A stretch of DNA of 64,000 bases from an uncultured bacterium (GCA_963729625.1 CAVSOU010000008.1:384001-448000); one strand, 5' to 3'; positions 28,852 to 40,071 are shown, numbered from the stretch's first letter. The notes: generated from the sequence alone by a model not told the origin. Made by a program: numbers and translations.

Positions 28852-31800
28852 TGGCTCGGCTCGAGGATCTGCGGCCCGGCTCCGCCATCCGGGGTATCGT
28901 GCCCGACGCCTTGGTCACCGTGCTGAACGTTAACTGGTACGGCGACAACGTGGTCGAGCTGACCTACAAGGATGCACAGGGCAAACCGGGCATCGAGCTG
29001 CTGTACCGCGATCGCGAGGCCTCGCTCGAGGTCGCCGTCACCGGCCGCCCCTGGAGCTTCGACGCCGACGGCGGGTTGCTTCGCCTGGTGTCCGAGGCCT
29101 ACCGCATCCGTCTTGCCTATCTGTTCGACCCGGTACTGGCCGTCCACACCTCCCTGGTCGATCCGCTCCCGCACCAGATCACCGCCGTCTACCACGAGAT
29201 GCTCACACGGCAGCCGCTGCGCTTCCTCCTTGCCGACGACCCCGGCGCCGGCAAGACGATCATGGCCGGTCTGCTGATCAAAGAGCTGCTGATCCGGGGT
29301 GACCTGCGTCGCTGTCTGATCGTCTGCCCCGGCAACCTGGTGGAGCAGTGGCAGGATGAGCTATACCGCCGCTTCCACCTGCCCTTCGAGATCCTCACGA
29401 ACGACAAGCTGGAGTCGGCGCGCACCGGCAACTGGCTCGCCGAGACGTCGCTGGCCATCTGCCGCCTGGACAAGCTCAGTCGCGACGAGGATTTGCAGGA
29501 GAAGCTCGGCGTGACGGACTGGGATCTGGTGGTCTGCGACGAGGCGCATAAGCTCTCAGCCAGCTACTTCGGTGGCGAGGTCAAGTACACCAAGCGCTAC
29601 CTGCTCGGCCAGAAGCTCTCCGGACTGACCCGCAACTTCTTGCTGATGACGGCGACGCCGCACAACGGGAAGGAAGCCGACTTTCAGCTCTTCATGGCCT
29701 TGATCGACAGCGACCGCTTCGAGGGGAAGTATCGCGAGGGCGTGCACGAGACCGATGCCTCGGACCTGATGCGCCGTCTGGTGAAAGAGAAGCTGCTCAA
29801 GTTCGACGGCACGCCTCTCTTCCCCGAGCGCATGGCCTACACGGTGAACTACGCCCTGTCGCCGGCCGAAGCCGTGCTGTACAAGCAGGTCACGGACTAT
29901 GTGAAGGACGAGTTCAACCGGGCCGACGACCTGGACAAGAGTCGCAGGGGCACGGTCGGCTTCGCTCTTACCATTCTGCAGCGACGTTTGGCCTCCTCAC
30001 CGGAAGCGATCTACCAGTCGCTTTGCCGGCGGCGGGAGCGCCTGGAAAAGCGTCTGCGCGAGGAGCAACTGCTCAAGCGCGGCGCCGACGCGCGCATCGA
30101 CCTGACGCAGGATCTGCCGCTGCTGGACGACGACGACCTGGACGATCTCGACGATGCGCCGGAAACAGAAGTCGAGGCGGCCGAAGAACGTGTGGTCGAT
30201 CAGGCTTCGGCAGCGCGGACTATCCAGGAGCTGCAGGCGGAGATTGCTACGCTCAAGCGCCTGGAAGACCTGGCGCAGCAGCTCAGGGTCAGCCGCGCGG
30301 ACAAGAAATGGGACGAGCTGTCTCGCGTGATCCAGGATGAAGTCAATTCTCCATCGCCGCTACGTGGCGAGACCGCAAGCGCCTCGCAGGAGGGCAGCCA
30401 CCGCAAGCTGGTGATCTTCACCGAGCACCGTGACACCCTTACCTATCTGTGCCTTCGTATCCGCGCGCTGCTCGGACGGGCTGAAGCCGTGGCGACCATT
30501 CACGGCGGCATGAGCCGGGAGGAGCGGCGCCACGCGCAGGAGGCCTTCACCCAGGACAGGGAGGTGCAGATACTGGTGGCGACCGACGCGGCGGGCGAAG
30601 GCATCAACCTGCAGCGCGCCTATTTGATGGTCAACTACGACCTGCCCTGGAATCCCAACCGTCTGGAGCAGCGCTTCGGCCGCATCCACCGTATCGGGCA
30701 GACCGAAGTGTGCCACCTCTGGAACATCGTGGCCAAGGAGACCCAGGAAGGCCACGTCTACACCACGCTGCTCAAGAAGCTCGAGCAGGAACGCGATACG
30801 CTGGGCGGCCAGGTCTTCGACGTGCTGGGCAAAGTGACGTTCGACAACCGGCCGTTGCGCGAGCTGCTGGTCGAAGCTATCCGCTATGGCGATCGGCCGG
30901 ACGTGCAGGCGAGATTGACCCAAATCGTCGACACGGCGCTCGACCACGAGCAGCTCATCACGCTGCTCGACGAGCGGGCGCTGGCGGACGAGACTATGGA
31001 CGTGGGGCGGGTGCAGCAGATCCGGGAAGAGATGGAGCGCGCCGACGCCAGGCGCTTGCAGCCTCACTACATCGCCAGCTTCTTCCTGGAAGCCTTCCGA
31101 CAGCTGGGAGGCACCGTGCACGAGCGCGAGTCACACCGCTACGAGATCACGCACGTGCCGGCGATCATCCGCAATCGCGATCGGCAGATCGGCACAGGCC
31201 AGCCGGTGCTGCAACGATACGAGCGCATCACCTTTGAGAAGCCGTTGATCAGCCTGCACGGCAAGCCCGTGGCCTCGTTTGTCTGTCCGGGTCACCCGCT
31301 GCTCGACGCCACCATCGACATTCTCCGCGAGCGGCACCGCGACCTGCTCAAGCGCGGCGCGGTGCTCGTCAATCCGAGCGACGGCGGCGACGGCCTGCGC
31401 GTGCTTTTCTATCTGGAGCACGCGATCCAGGATGCGCGCATCGGACTTGATGGGAATCGCCGCGTCATCTCGCGCCGCCTGCAGTTCGTGGAGATCGACG
31501 GGCAAGGCAACGCTCGCGCGGCCGGCTATGCGCCTTACCTCGACTACCGGCCGCTGCACGACGACGAACGCGAGCTGCTGGCCGGCACGCTCGAGGCCCC
31601 GTGGCTGCGGGCCGACCTGGAGAAGCAGGCCATGAGCTACGCGATCCAGCAGCTGGTACCGCAACATTTCGAAGAAGTGAAGAAGCGCAAGGAAGCGCTG
31701 CTCGACCGCACGATTGCCGCCGTCAAAGAACGGCTCACCAAGGAAGTCAACTACTGGGATCTGCGTGCCCAGGAGCTGAAGCTGCTGGAGGAAGCCGGCC

Positions 31801-32381
31801 GCACGCCCAAGCTCAATTCGGCTCGTGCCCAGCAGCGTGCCGGCGATCTCGAGGCGCGCATGCAGAAGCGGCTGACCGAGCTGGAGCAGGAGCGGCATCT
31901 GTCCGCTGCGCCGCCGGTAGTGGTCGGCGGGGCCGCGATCGTGCCTGCCGGCCTGCTCGCGCTACTGCGCGGCGAGGCAGCCGATTCCACGTACGCGTAT
32001 GACACCACCAGAAGCGAGCAGCTGGCGATGGCGGCGGTCATGGCGGCCGAGGAGTCCCTGGGCTACCAGCCGCGGAGCGTGGCGGCGGACAAGTGCGGCT
32101 ACGACGTCGAGTCCCGCGTGCCGAGCACCGGCCGCCTTCGCTTCATCGAGGTCAAGGGTCGGGCGGCGGGCGCCACGACCGTCACGCTCACCCGCAACGA
32201 GATCCTGACCGCGCTCAACAAGCCAGACGACTTCATCCTGGCAGTGGTCGAGATCGATGGCGACACGGCGCGCGCGCCTCGGTACATTCGTCAACCATTC
32301 CATCGCGAGCCCGATTTCAGCGCCACGAGTGTGAACTACAGTTTGGCTGAGTTGCTGCAACTTGGGGCGCTGCCAGGCTAG
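28851..32381 (+). CDS. SNF2-family helicase with C-terminal DUF3883 PD-(D/E)xK nuclease
   Basis: LLADDPGAGKT, DEAH, TATPH, EQRFGRIHRIGQ; C-terminal GYDVES..FIEVKGR; translationally coupled to the DUF499 gene. Confidence 0.95.
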   Translation: MARLEDLRPGSAIRGIVPDALVTVLNVNWYGDNVVELTYKDAQGKPGIELLYRDREASLEVAVTGRPWSFDADGGLLRLVSEAYRIRLAYLFDPVLAVHTSLVDPLPHQITAVYHEMLTRQPLRFLLADDPGAGKTIMAGLLIKELLIRGDLRRCLIVCPGNLVEQWQDELYRRFHLPFEILTNDKLESARTGNWLAETSLAICRLDKLSRDEDLQEKLGVTDWDLVVCDEAHKLSASYFGGEVKYTKRYLLGQKLSGLTRNFLLMTATPHNGKEADFQLFMALIDSDRFEGKYREGVHETDASDLMRRLVKEKLLKFDGTPLFPERMAYTVNYALSPAEAVLYKQVTDYVKDEFNRADDLDKSRRGTVGFALTILQRRLASSPEAIYQSLCRRRERLEKRLREEQLLKRGADARIDLTQDLPLLDDDDLDDLDDAPETEVEAAEERVVDQASAARTIQELQAEIATLKRLEDLAQQLRVSRADKKWDELSRVIQDEVNSPSPLRGETASASQEGSHRKLVIFTEHRDTLTYLCLRIRALLGRAEAVATIHGGMSREERRHAQEAFTQDREVQILVATDAAGEGINLQRAYLMVNYDLPWNPNRLEQRFGRIHRIGQTEVCHLWNIVAKETQEGHVYTTLLKKLEQERDTLGGQVFDVLGKVTFDNRPLRELLVEAIRYGDRPDVQARLTQIVDTALDHEQLITLLDERALADETMDVGRVQQIREEMERADARRLQPHYIASFFLEAFRQLGGTVHERESHRYEITHVPAIIRNRDRQIGTGQPVLQRYERITFEKPLISLHGKPVASFVCPGHPLLDATIDILRERHRDLLKRGAVLVNPSDGGDGLRVLFYLEHAIQDARIGLDGNRRVISRRLQFVEIDGQGNARAAGYAPYLDYRPLHDDERELLAGTLEAPWLRADLEKQAMSYAIQQLVPQHFEEVKKRKEALLDRTIAAVKERLTKEVNYWDLRAQELKLLEEAGRTPKLNSARAQQRAGDLEARMQKRLTELEQERHLSAAPPVVVGGAAIVPAGLLALLRGEAADSTYAYDTTRSEQLAMAAVMAAEESLGYQPRSVAADKCGYDVESRVPSTGRLRFIEVKGRAAGATTVTLTRNEILTALNKPDDFILAVVEIDGDTARAPRYIRQPFHREPDFSATSVNYSLAELLQLGALPG

Positions 32382-32390
32382 TCAGACCTG

Positions 32391-32452
32391 TTGACTTCGG
32401 CTAACACCCGTGCTAATCTGGTTAAGCAAATCGATTTAGTAAACCGTTTACT
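32391..32452 (+). promoter_or_regulatory. Promoter and two LacI-type operators
   Basis: TTGACT-17bp-TAATCT with extended TG; palindromes AAATCGATTT (32428-32437) and AGTAAACCGTTTACT (32438-32452). Confidence 0.7.
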
Positions 32453-32471
32453 GGTCCGGCGGAGGGTGCCT

Positions 32472-33533
32472 GTGCCTACGATTGGCGATGTCGCCCGGAA
32501 GGCCGGCGTATCTCGAACGGCTGTTTCGTTTGCCTTCAATGATCCCTCGCGCATCGCGAAAGGGACGCATGAGCGTATCCTGGCTATTGCCGACGAGCTC
32601 GGATACTACCCCAATCCCATCGCCCGTTCCTTGACCGGCAAGCACGTCGGCGTGTTGGGTCTGCTGATCCCTCAGCGCACGGCCAAGCTCTTCGCGAATC
32701 CCTTCTTCGCCGACCTTCTGCGTGGCATCGGCCACATCTGCGACCGCCACGACTACTCTGTATTGCTGGTGCCACCAATGCAGGGCTCGCTTACCTATGC
32801 GCTCCGCCGTGCGGTTGTCGACGGCTTCGTGGTAGTCGGACTGGACGAGGATCACCCGGCAATCAGCATGCTGCTGCGGCGAAAACTTCCCTTCGTGACC
32901 ATCGACGGCCCTGCGCTGCCTGGAATTTCGGCCGTGAATATCGACGAGGAAGACGGCGCGAGCCAGGCTGCTCGCCATCTGCTCGAGCTTGGGCATCGGG
33001 ACGTGCTCACGGTGGTTATTCGACCGGCACAAGGGGAGAACTACGGCGATGCCGTGCATCCCCTCTCCTCTGTCGCCGCCCGACGACTGTCGGGATACCG
33101 AACGGCATTCGAGCAGGCCGGCGTGCCATTCCCCGAGGATCTGGTGATTCCTGCCGACTCGACGCACGAGGGAGGCTTCCAGGCGCTGCGCACCGTTTGG
33201 CTGGCCGGCGGCCGGCCCACGGCGGTGCTGGCGATGAGCGATATCATGGCCCTCGGCACGATCGACGCAGCGCGGAGCCTGGATCTTTCCGTTCCTAACC
33301 ATATTTCCGTCGTGGGGTTTGACGATTGCCAGCTCGCCCAGTGGACACGCCCGCCGCTGACCACGGTGCGCCAGCCCGGACTGGACAAGGGTATGCGCGC
33401 CGCTCGCCTGCTGATCGAGAACCAGATCGGTAACGAAGCGTTCGAACACCAGGTGTTGCCCGCCACGCTGATCGTTCGCGGCACCACGGCGCCGCCGCCC
33501 AGCAATCTCTTGAAGACCACCCATCCAATCTAA
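32472..33533 (+). CDS. LacI-family transcriptional regulator
   Basis: PTIGDVARKAGVSRTAVS..LGYYPN..ARSL; SVVGFDD..PPLTTVRQP. Confidence 0.95.
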   Translation: MPTIGDVARKAGVSRTAVSFAFNDPSRIAKGTHERILAIADELGYYPNPIARSLTGKHVGVLGLLIPQRTAKLFANPFFADLLRGIGHICDRHDYSVLLVPPMQGSLTYALRRAVVDGFVVVGLDEDHPAISMLLRRKLPFVTIDGPALPGISAVNIDEEDGASQAARHLLELGHRDVLTVVIRPAQGENYGDAVHPLSSVAARRLSGYRTAFEQAGVPFPEDLVIPADSTHEGGFQALRTVWLAGGRPTAVLAMSDIMALGTIDAARSLDLSVPNHISVVGFDDCQLAQWTRPPLTTVRQPGLDKGMRAARLLIENQIGNEAFEHQVLPATLIVRGTTAPPPSNLLKTTHPI

Positions 33534-33647
33534 TTCGCCATGCTCGTAGACCCGCCGAGCCCAGGACTTGGCCGCGCATGAAATCGCTGCCGGCCGGTGA
33601 TAGAATGAAGACGCCGAGCGCCGGCTGTTGGGAGGTGAGAACAGGCA

Positions 33648-33830
33648 ATGGCACTCTCGTGGCGCAAGCCCCCACTGACGCAGGCTGAAGAAGACGACCT
33701 CTTGATGCCGACGCTGGAGGACGATACAGAGGATGCTCCCTGGATGGTCATGGGCGATTTGCTGTTCGACGCGGCCAGCGGCTTCAAGCACAGCCTGCGG
33801 GAATATGCACGCGCCCACGAACTGGTCTGA
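33648..33830 (+). pseudogene. Truncated protein, probably a Uma2-family endonuclease N-terminus
   Basis: DTEDAPWMVMGD...SLREYAR, then early stop; good RBS. Confidence 0.45.
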
Positions 33831-33899
33831 TTCGTGGCCGTTTCACCGCGTCCTCTACTTCTACACGTCCACCCGTACCGTCCCTGGCGACACCGCCTC

Positions 33900-36363
33900 A
33901 TGCGCACGGCTCTCATGCTGCTGTGCCTGGGCGCGGGCGCGCCTGGCGCGGCGCGAGCCGGCGTCGCTCTTTCCGTTGCCGCCCCAGGCAGCCCCGGCGT
34001 AACGCCATACTGGGCAATCGGCAGGAAGGACGGCGTGGGCAGCGCCTTCGGCACTGCCTCAAACGTCTGGTATACGCTTGCGGCCGGCCAGATGACTGAG
34101 GTGTTCTACCCCACTACCGATACGCCGGACGTCACGTCACTTTCCTTCATCGTCACGGACGGCAAAACGTTCGCCGACCGGCAGGCCGTCGACACGCCCT
34201 GCGTCACGAGCCACCCCGATCCGCGGTCAGAGCAGTACGTCGTCACCTGCGACGACCGGCTTCATCTGTACACCCTGACCACAACCTACCTCTCGGACCC
34301 GCGGCGGCCGACCGTGCTCATCCATCTGCGCCTCAGCCGGCCGGCTGGAGCGCATGTGCCGTTGCGCGTCTACGTACGCTACGACCCCGCGCTGAACGGC
34401 AACGGCACTCACGACAGCGGCCGTGTCGCCGGCTCTGTGCTGCTGGCCCACGACGATACCGGCCACTATGGCCCTGTAGCCTCGGCGTTGCTCGGCAGCC
34501 CGCCGCTTGTCGCCGGAACCACAGGCTACGCCGGCACTGCAAGTGATCCAGCGCTCTCGTTCCGCGCGAATTATGTGTCCGGCGCGGCATATGCCTCGGC
34601 TGGGCCGGGCAATATCGTGCAGGGAGCGTACCTGGGGCTGCGGAAAGACGGCACCGCCGACCTCGGCCTGGGCTTCGCGGCGTCAGAGGCTGTCGCCGCG
34701 CGGACAGCCGGCGCCGGCCTCTCGCAGCCGTTTGGCGCCACCGAAGCAGTTCTTCACCGCCGCATGGCGCCGCTATGCCGCCGGCCTGCATCAGCCCGAT
34801 GGCCGGTTCAGCCAGGCTGAACGCGATCAGTATTTCGATGCCGCGCTGGCGCTCAAAGCGTCCGAGGACAAGCGGTTCCCCGGCGCCATCGTGGCCTCGC
34901 TGAGCACGCCATGGGGCCAGTCGGTCGCCGCGGACCAGAACAGCGGACAGGGCTACCACCGGGTCTGGAGCCGCGATTTGTACGAGATGGCTACCGGCTT
35001 CGCCGCGGCAGGCGATTCGGCCACGGCGCACGACATCCTGCGCTATATGCTCACGACCCTGGTAGGGCCAGATGGCAGCGTGCCGCAGGACGCTTTGGTC
35101 GATGGGGATCCCGTCGAAAGCGGCATACAGCTGGACGAGGTCGCCTACCCTTTGATTCTGGCCTGGAGCTTGGGCGTGGACGATCGCGCCACCTATGTGG
35201 ATCGGCTGCGCCCGCTCGCCGACTATTTGGTGGGCAAGGGCCCAAGTACCGACCAGGAGCGCTGGGAAGAAGATCCCGGCTACTCGCCCTCGACCATCGC
35301 GGCCGAGATAGCGGGCCTGGTGGCCGCTGCCGAGTTCGCCGAGAAGAACGGCGACGCGGCGCGCGCGCTGGTCTATCGCGCCGTGGCCGACGAGTGGCAG
35401 CGGAGCGTGAAGGCCTGGACGATCACGTCGACCGGCCCTCTGGCACGCCATCCATACTTTATTCGTCTTGACGACAACACCAATCCGAACGACGGCGGGT
35501 TCTTGCAGATTGCCGGTAGTACCGCGCGAGACGAGCGATCGGTGGTCGATGCCGGTTTCCTGGAGCTTGCGCGGTTGGGCGTGCTCGCGCCCGACGACAA
35601 GGACGTCATTGCATCGCTCGCCGTCGTCGATTCGGCGATCAGAGTCGTGACTGCCAACGGCCCGGCCTGGTACCGCTACAACCACGACACCTACGGTGAT
35701 GCGGCGAACGGCGCCCCCTGGAACTCCAACGCGCTGCAGGGTGAGGGACATCCCTGGCCGGTGCTTGGCGGCGAGCGCGGCGAGTACGACCTGAGCGAAG
35801 GCCGCGTACTGGAGGCCCGTGCCGCGCTGCAGACGATGCAGCGTTTCGCCACAGTCACGGGTCTTATCCCGGAGCAGATATGGGAGAGGAAGTCGGTGCC
35901 GCCCTCTCCTGCCGGCACGCCACCCCTCACAGCGTCCATCGGTATGGCTGCTGGGCGACCAGATGGATCCGCTACGCCGCTTAACTGGGCGCTGGGACAG
36001 TATCTCCGTCTGCTGATGGATATCCAGTCCGGGGCATTGCTCGACCAACCCGCCGTCACTCGTGACCGCTACGTGACGCATCCGGTCAAGCAGGCGCGCC
36101 TGGCCGTCATATCTCCCAGCGCGGATATCGCGGGCAACACGGCGCGGAGCCTCGTCCTCCAGGGTACTGCCGCACCGGGGGCCCATGTTGCCGTTCTCGT
36201 GACCAGCACGCAAAACGCCGCCATGTTCAGTACGACGGCAGATACCGGCGGCACATTCAGCCTTCGCATTGCCATACCGACCGCCTTTGTGACGCGACTG
36301 AATGTAGCCACGCAGGATTCAGCCGGCAATACCGCGCTGGTGGTGCGCAGAATCCGGCAGTGA
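33900..36363 (+). pseudogene. Secreted GH15 glucoamylase/glucodextranase split by a frameshift near 34745
   Basis: Frame 1: signal peptide, glucodextranase N-domain (APGSPG..W..KDGVG..TEVFYPT). Frame 2: IVASLSTPWG, YHRVWSRD, QLDE, QERWEE, PEQIW, SATPLNWA. Could be a sequencing error. Confidence 0.85.
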
Positions 36364-36495
36364 GGCGGGCTGCCGACTGGTCAATCGAGAAGGCTATGCC
36401 GGCCTCTTGCGTCGACGTGGTCTGGGGGCAACGTAGCTGACATAACACGCGCCGGCCTGCTATTGTTAACAGTACGACACTAAGGAGGCGGCTGG

Positions 36496-38664
36496 ATGAG
36501 TACTGACGTGGGGTTGGGGAGCGGTGATGTGGGCGTGAAGGACCCCCCTGAAGCCGCCGTGGCGCTTGATTCGGCCGCCCCGCCCGTCAATGATGAGGCT
36601 CCGCGCTACATCAACCGGGAACTGAGCTGGCTCGATTTCAACCGGCGCGTCCTGGAGAATGCTGCCGATCTCAGGCATCCGTTGTTGGAACGAGTCAAGT
36701 TTCTCTCCATCTTTAACTCGAACCTCGACGAGTTCTTCATGATTCGGGTTTCCGGCCTCAAGGAGCAGATCCAGGCTGGATTGAGCGAAGAGGGCCCGGA
36801 CGGCCTTACGGTCAGCGAGCAGTTACGCGAGATCCGCAAGGTGATTACGCAGGACGTCGCGGAGCAGCGACGGTTGTTCTCTCTGGATCTGCTTCCGCTA
36901 TTAGCTGAGCAAGGCATTCGCGTTGTCGATTATGTCGAGCTACAGGATCATGAGCGCGACACGCTGAGAGACTATTTCGAGCGCGAGGTTTTCCCGATAT
37001 TGACGCCGCTGGCATTCGATCCGGGGCATCCATTTCCGCACATCTCAAACCTCAGCCTGAACCTGGCCGTCACCGTGTCCAATCCCGAGGAGGGTGAGCG
37101 TTTCGCCCGGGTGAAGATGCCCGACATGCTGCCGCGTCTGGTGCCGACGCAGTCACCGGGATCGGACAGCCTGCTGGCGGGCACGCCCAGGCAGCCACAG
37201 AACCTCGTCTGGCTCGAGCAACTGGTTGCCGCAAACCTGGAGAAGCTCTTTCCCGGCCTCGAGGTGACGGAATCGTATGCCTTCAGAGTGATTCGCGATG
37301 CCGATATCGAAATCCAGGAAGACGAGGCCGCGGATCTGTCGCGGACCATCGAGGCCAGCTTGCTCGAGCGGCGATTCGGCTCCGTGGTGCAACTCACAGT
37401 GGATAGCGCCATGCCGCAGCGCCTGCGCAGCCTGCTTATGAGCAATCTGCAGATTGGCCCGGACGACATCTATGCCGAAGACGGCCCGCTGGGCTTGGCT
37501 GATGTCCGCCAGCTTTTGAAGATAGACCGGCCGGATCTCAAGGATGCACCATTCGCGCCGCGCGTGCCGGCCACGTTGCGCACGTCTGGTGAAGATTTCT
37601 TTGCCGTGCTGCGAAGTCAGGATGTGTTTCTGCATCACCCGTATGACTCCTTCACGCCGGTCATCGATTTCCTCCAGACGGCAGCCCACGATCCCCAGGT
37701 GCTGGCCATCAAGCAAACGCTCTACCGCGTGGGGAGCCACGCGCCTGTAGTTGCGTCTCTGATGGATGCGGCAGCGCAGGGCAAGCAGGTCGCGGTGCTC
37801 GTCGAGCTGAAGGCTCGATGGGATGAAGAGAACAATCTTGAGTGGGCGCGAGCGCTTGAGAAAGCGGGCGTGCATGTCGCTTATGGCATGTTGGGGTTGA
37901 AGACGCACGCCAAGATTGCCCTGGTTGTGCGCAAGGAGCCGGACGGTATCCGTCGCTACGTGCACCTTGGCACCGGCAACTATAATTCGACCACCGCGCG
38001 CCTGTACACCGACATGGGACTCATGACCTCTCGACCGGAGATCGGCGCCGATGCCACGGAGCTTTTCAACTACCTGACTGGATACTCGACGCAGTCGACC
38101 TTCCGCAAGTTGCTCGTGGGGCCGGTAAGCTTGCGGTCAAGCCTGCTCGAGCGGATCGACCGTGAAATCGAGAGCCACGTGAAGCATGGCGATGGACGGT
38201 TGATCTTCAAGATGAACTCGTTGGTCGACCGTGCTATGATCAAGGCGATTTACCGTGCTGCTCAGGCAGGCGTGCGCGTCGATCTGCTGATACGCGGGGT
38301 CTGCTGCTTGCGTCCGGGCGTGCCGGGCATCAGCGATGGCGTGCGGGTCACCAGCGTTGTCGGTAGGTATCTCGAGCACAGTCGTATCTACTACTTTCAT
38401 AACGGCGGGGATGAGGAGATTTACCTGGGCAGCGCCGACCTCATGCCGCGCAACCTGGACCGCAGGGTTGAGGTGTTGTTCCCCATCGATGATCCCAGCT
38501 TGCGCGCGTACCTGCGAAACGACGTACTCGAGGCATGCATGCACGACACCGTTAATGCCCGCGAGTTACGCGCCGACGGCACGTATGTGCGCGTGCGGCC
38601 CGTGCCCGGCGAACAGCCGTTCGACAGCCAGGCATACTTCATGCTGCAGCCAAAAACGGTGTAG
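36496..38664 (+). CDS. ppk1: Polyphosphate kinase 1
   Basis: YINRELSWLDFNRRVL, HHPYDSF, LKTHAK, GTGNYN, YLEHSRI, GSADLMPRNLDRRVE. Confidence 0.98.
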   Translation: MSTDVGLGSGDVGVKDPPEAAVALDSAAPPVNDEAPRYINRELSWLDFNRRVLENAADLRHPLLERVKFLSIFNSNLDEFFMIRVSGLKEQIQAGLSEEGPDGLTVSEQLREIRKVITQDVAEQRRLFSLDLLPLLAEQGIRVVDYVELQDHERDTLRDYFEREVFPILTPLAFDPGHPFPHISNLSLNLAVTVSNPEEGERFARVKMPDMLPRLVPTQSPGSDSLLAGTPRQPQNLVWLEQLVAANLEKLFPGLEVTESYAFRVIRDADIEIQEDEAADLSRTIEASLLERRFGSVVQLTVDSAMPQRLRSLLMSNLQIGPDDIYAEDGPLGLADVRQLLKIDRPDLKDAPFAPRVPATLRTSGEDFFAVLRSQDVFLHHPYDSFTPVIDFLQTAAHDPQVLAIKQTLYRVGSHAPVVASLMDAAAQGKQVAVLVELKARWDEENNLEWARALEKAGVHVAYGMLGLKTHAKIALVVRKEPDGIRRYVHLGTGNYNSTTARLYTDMGLMTSRPEIGADATELFNYLTGYSTQSTFRKLLVGPVSLRSSLLERIDREIESHVKHGDGRLIFKMNSLVDRAMIKAIYRAAQAGVRVDLLIRGVCCLRPGVPGISDGVRVTSVVGRYLEHSRIYYFHNGGDEEIYLGSADLMPRNLDRRVEVLFPIDDPSLRAYLRNDVLEACMHDTVNARELRADGTYVRVRPVPGEQPFDSQAYFMLQPKTV

Positions 38665-38732
38665 CCGGAAACGACCTGGTCCGGCGCAATGCCTGGGATC
38701 CACTCTGCCGCGGCTGGAGGCTCATTTTCACC

Positions 38733-39854
38733 TCAGGTATGCACGAAGAACGCCACGGCCAGTATGGCGTAGATCGCCAGCAATTGCGCGCCCTCCAGCC
38801 AGGTGCTCTCGCCATCGGCGATGAGCAGGTTCGCCAGGCTCACGGAAATGATCACGGCGGCCACTTCAAAGGTATCGAACAGCAGGTCCAGAGGATGCCC
38901 GATGAGCGATCCCGCGATCACCAACACCGGCGCCACGAACAAGGCGATCTGCGTCGCGCTGCCAAGCGCAATGGTCAGTGCGAGATCCATCTGGTCGTGG
39001 ATGGCCGCGCTCACCGCGCTGGTGTGCTCGGCTGCGTTGCCGAGCAGCGCGATCAGGATCACACCCACAAACATTTGCGTCCAGCCCAGATGCACCGTGA
39101 CGCCCTTGACTCCGTCGACGAGCAGTTCCGACAAAACGGCCACGACCACAGTGGAGATAAGCAAGACGATCACTGCCCGCTGCACACTCCAGCTGCTCCC
39201 ATGCAGCTCCTTGACTTGTTCTTCAGTAAAGAGGTGGGCGTGCGTCCGTAACGTGAAGAAGAGGCCGGCAGTGTAGGCAACGATGAGTACAATCGCAGTC
39301 AATGTGCTCAGATGGCTCATCGTGAGGCTGGAGACCGGAGAGGTTGCCGCCAGTACAGCTGGGACCAGGAGAGCACCGCCCGCGAGAGTCAATTGCGCCC
39401 CGGCCGCGCTCGCGGCCGTGCGGTTGAAATACTGCCGTTCACGATTCCAGCCGCCCATAAGAAAAGAGAACCCGAGCACGACCAGAATGTTGCCCAAAAT
39501 CGAGCCGACCAAAGAGGCTTTAACCACCTCATACAGGCCGGCCCGCAGCGCGAAGACGCCGATGATCAGCTCGGTAGCGTTGCCGAACGTCGCGTTCAGC
39601 AGGCCGCCCGCGGCCGGCCCGACAGAGCCCGCCAATTCCTCGGTGGACACGCCGATGTATCGCGCCAGAGGCACGATGGCGAAGCCGCTGGCAAAGAAGA
39701 GCACCGCGGGGCTCCAATGAAGTACCTCTGCGAGTATCGCCAGCGGCGCGCCAATGAGCAGGGCATCGAGCGGATGGAACCGCCACCTTGCGGCCGTGAG
39801 CGGCGGCAACACTGGGGGACGATGGTTGCTCTGCTCCTCAGGCGCGGTGTCCAC
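38733..39854 (-). CDS. Calcium/proton exchanger (CAX/ChaA)
   Basis: GGLLNATFGNATE, SLVGSILGN, GNAAEH, QIALFVAP, WLEGAQLL. Confidence 0.93.
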   Translation of the reverse strand: MDTAPEEQSNHRPPVLPPLTAARWRFHPLDALLIGAPLAILAEVLHWSPAVLFFASGFAIVPLARYIGVSTEELAGSVGPAAGGLLNATFGNATELIIGVFALRAGLYEVVKASLVGSILGNILVVLGFSFLMGGWNRERQYFNRTAASAAGAQLTLAGGALLVPAVLAATSPVSSLTMSHLSTLTAIVLIVAYTAGLFFTLRTHAHLFTEEQVKELHGSSWSVQRAVIVLLISTVVVAVLSELLVDGVKGVTVHLGWTQMFVGVILIALLGNAAEHTSAVSAAIHDQMDLALTIALGSATQIALFVAPVLVIAGSLIGHPLDLLFDTFEVAAVIISVSLANLLIADGESTWLEGAQLLAIYAILAVAFFVHT

Positions 39855-40013
39855 GCCGGTGATTCCTTCCTTGGGCAGGCGGAAAAGACACGCCCCAATC
39901 ACTCTCATCCGGATCGTGCCCGGAGGGAGGTGGGCATAGCATTGCCCCGGATCTAACTATAGGGGATCTGCCGCCACGAGGCCCACGCAGGTATGCGGCT
40001 GCGCGCCGTGCAG

Positions 40014-40042
40014 TTGACACTTAGTACCACCGGCAGTACTAT
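40014..40042 (+). promoter_or_regulatory. Second hicAB promoter/operator
   Basis: TTGACA-17bp-TACTAT; IR TAGTAC-N8-GTACTA. Confidence 0.8.
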
Positions 40043-40071
40043 GGCAGCGTGGACGAAAGCAACGCGGACAC

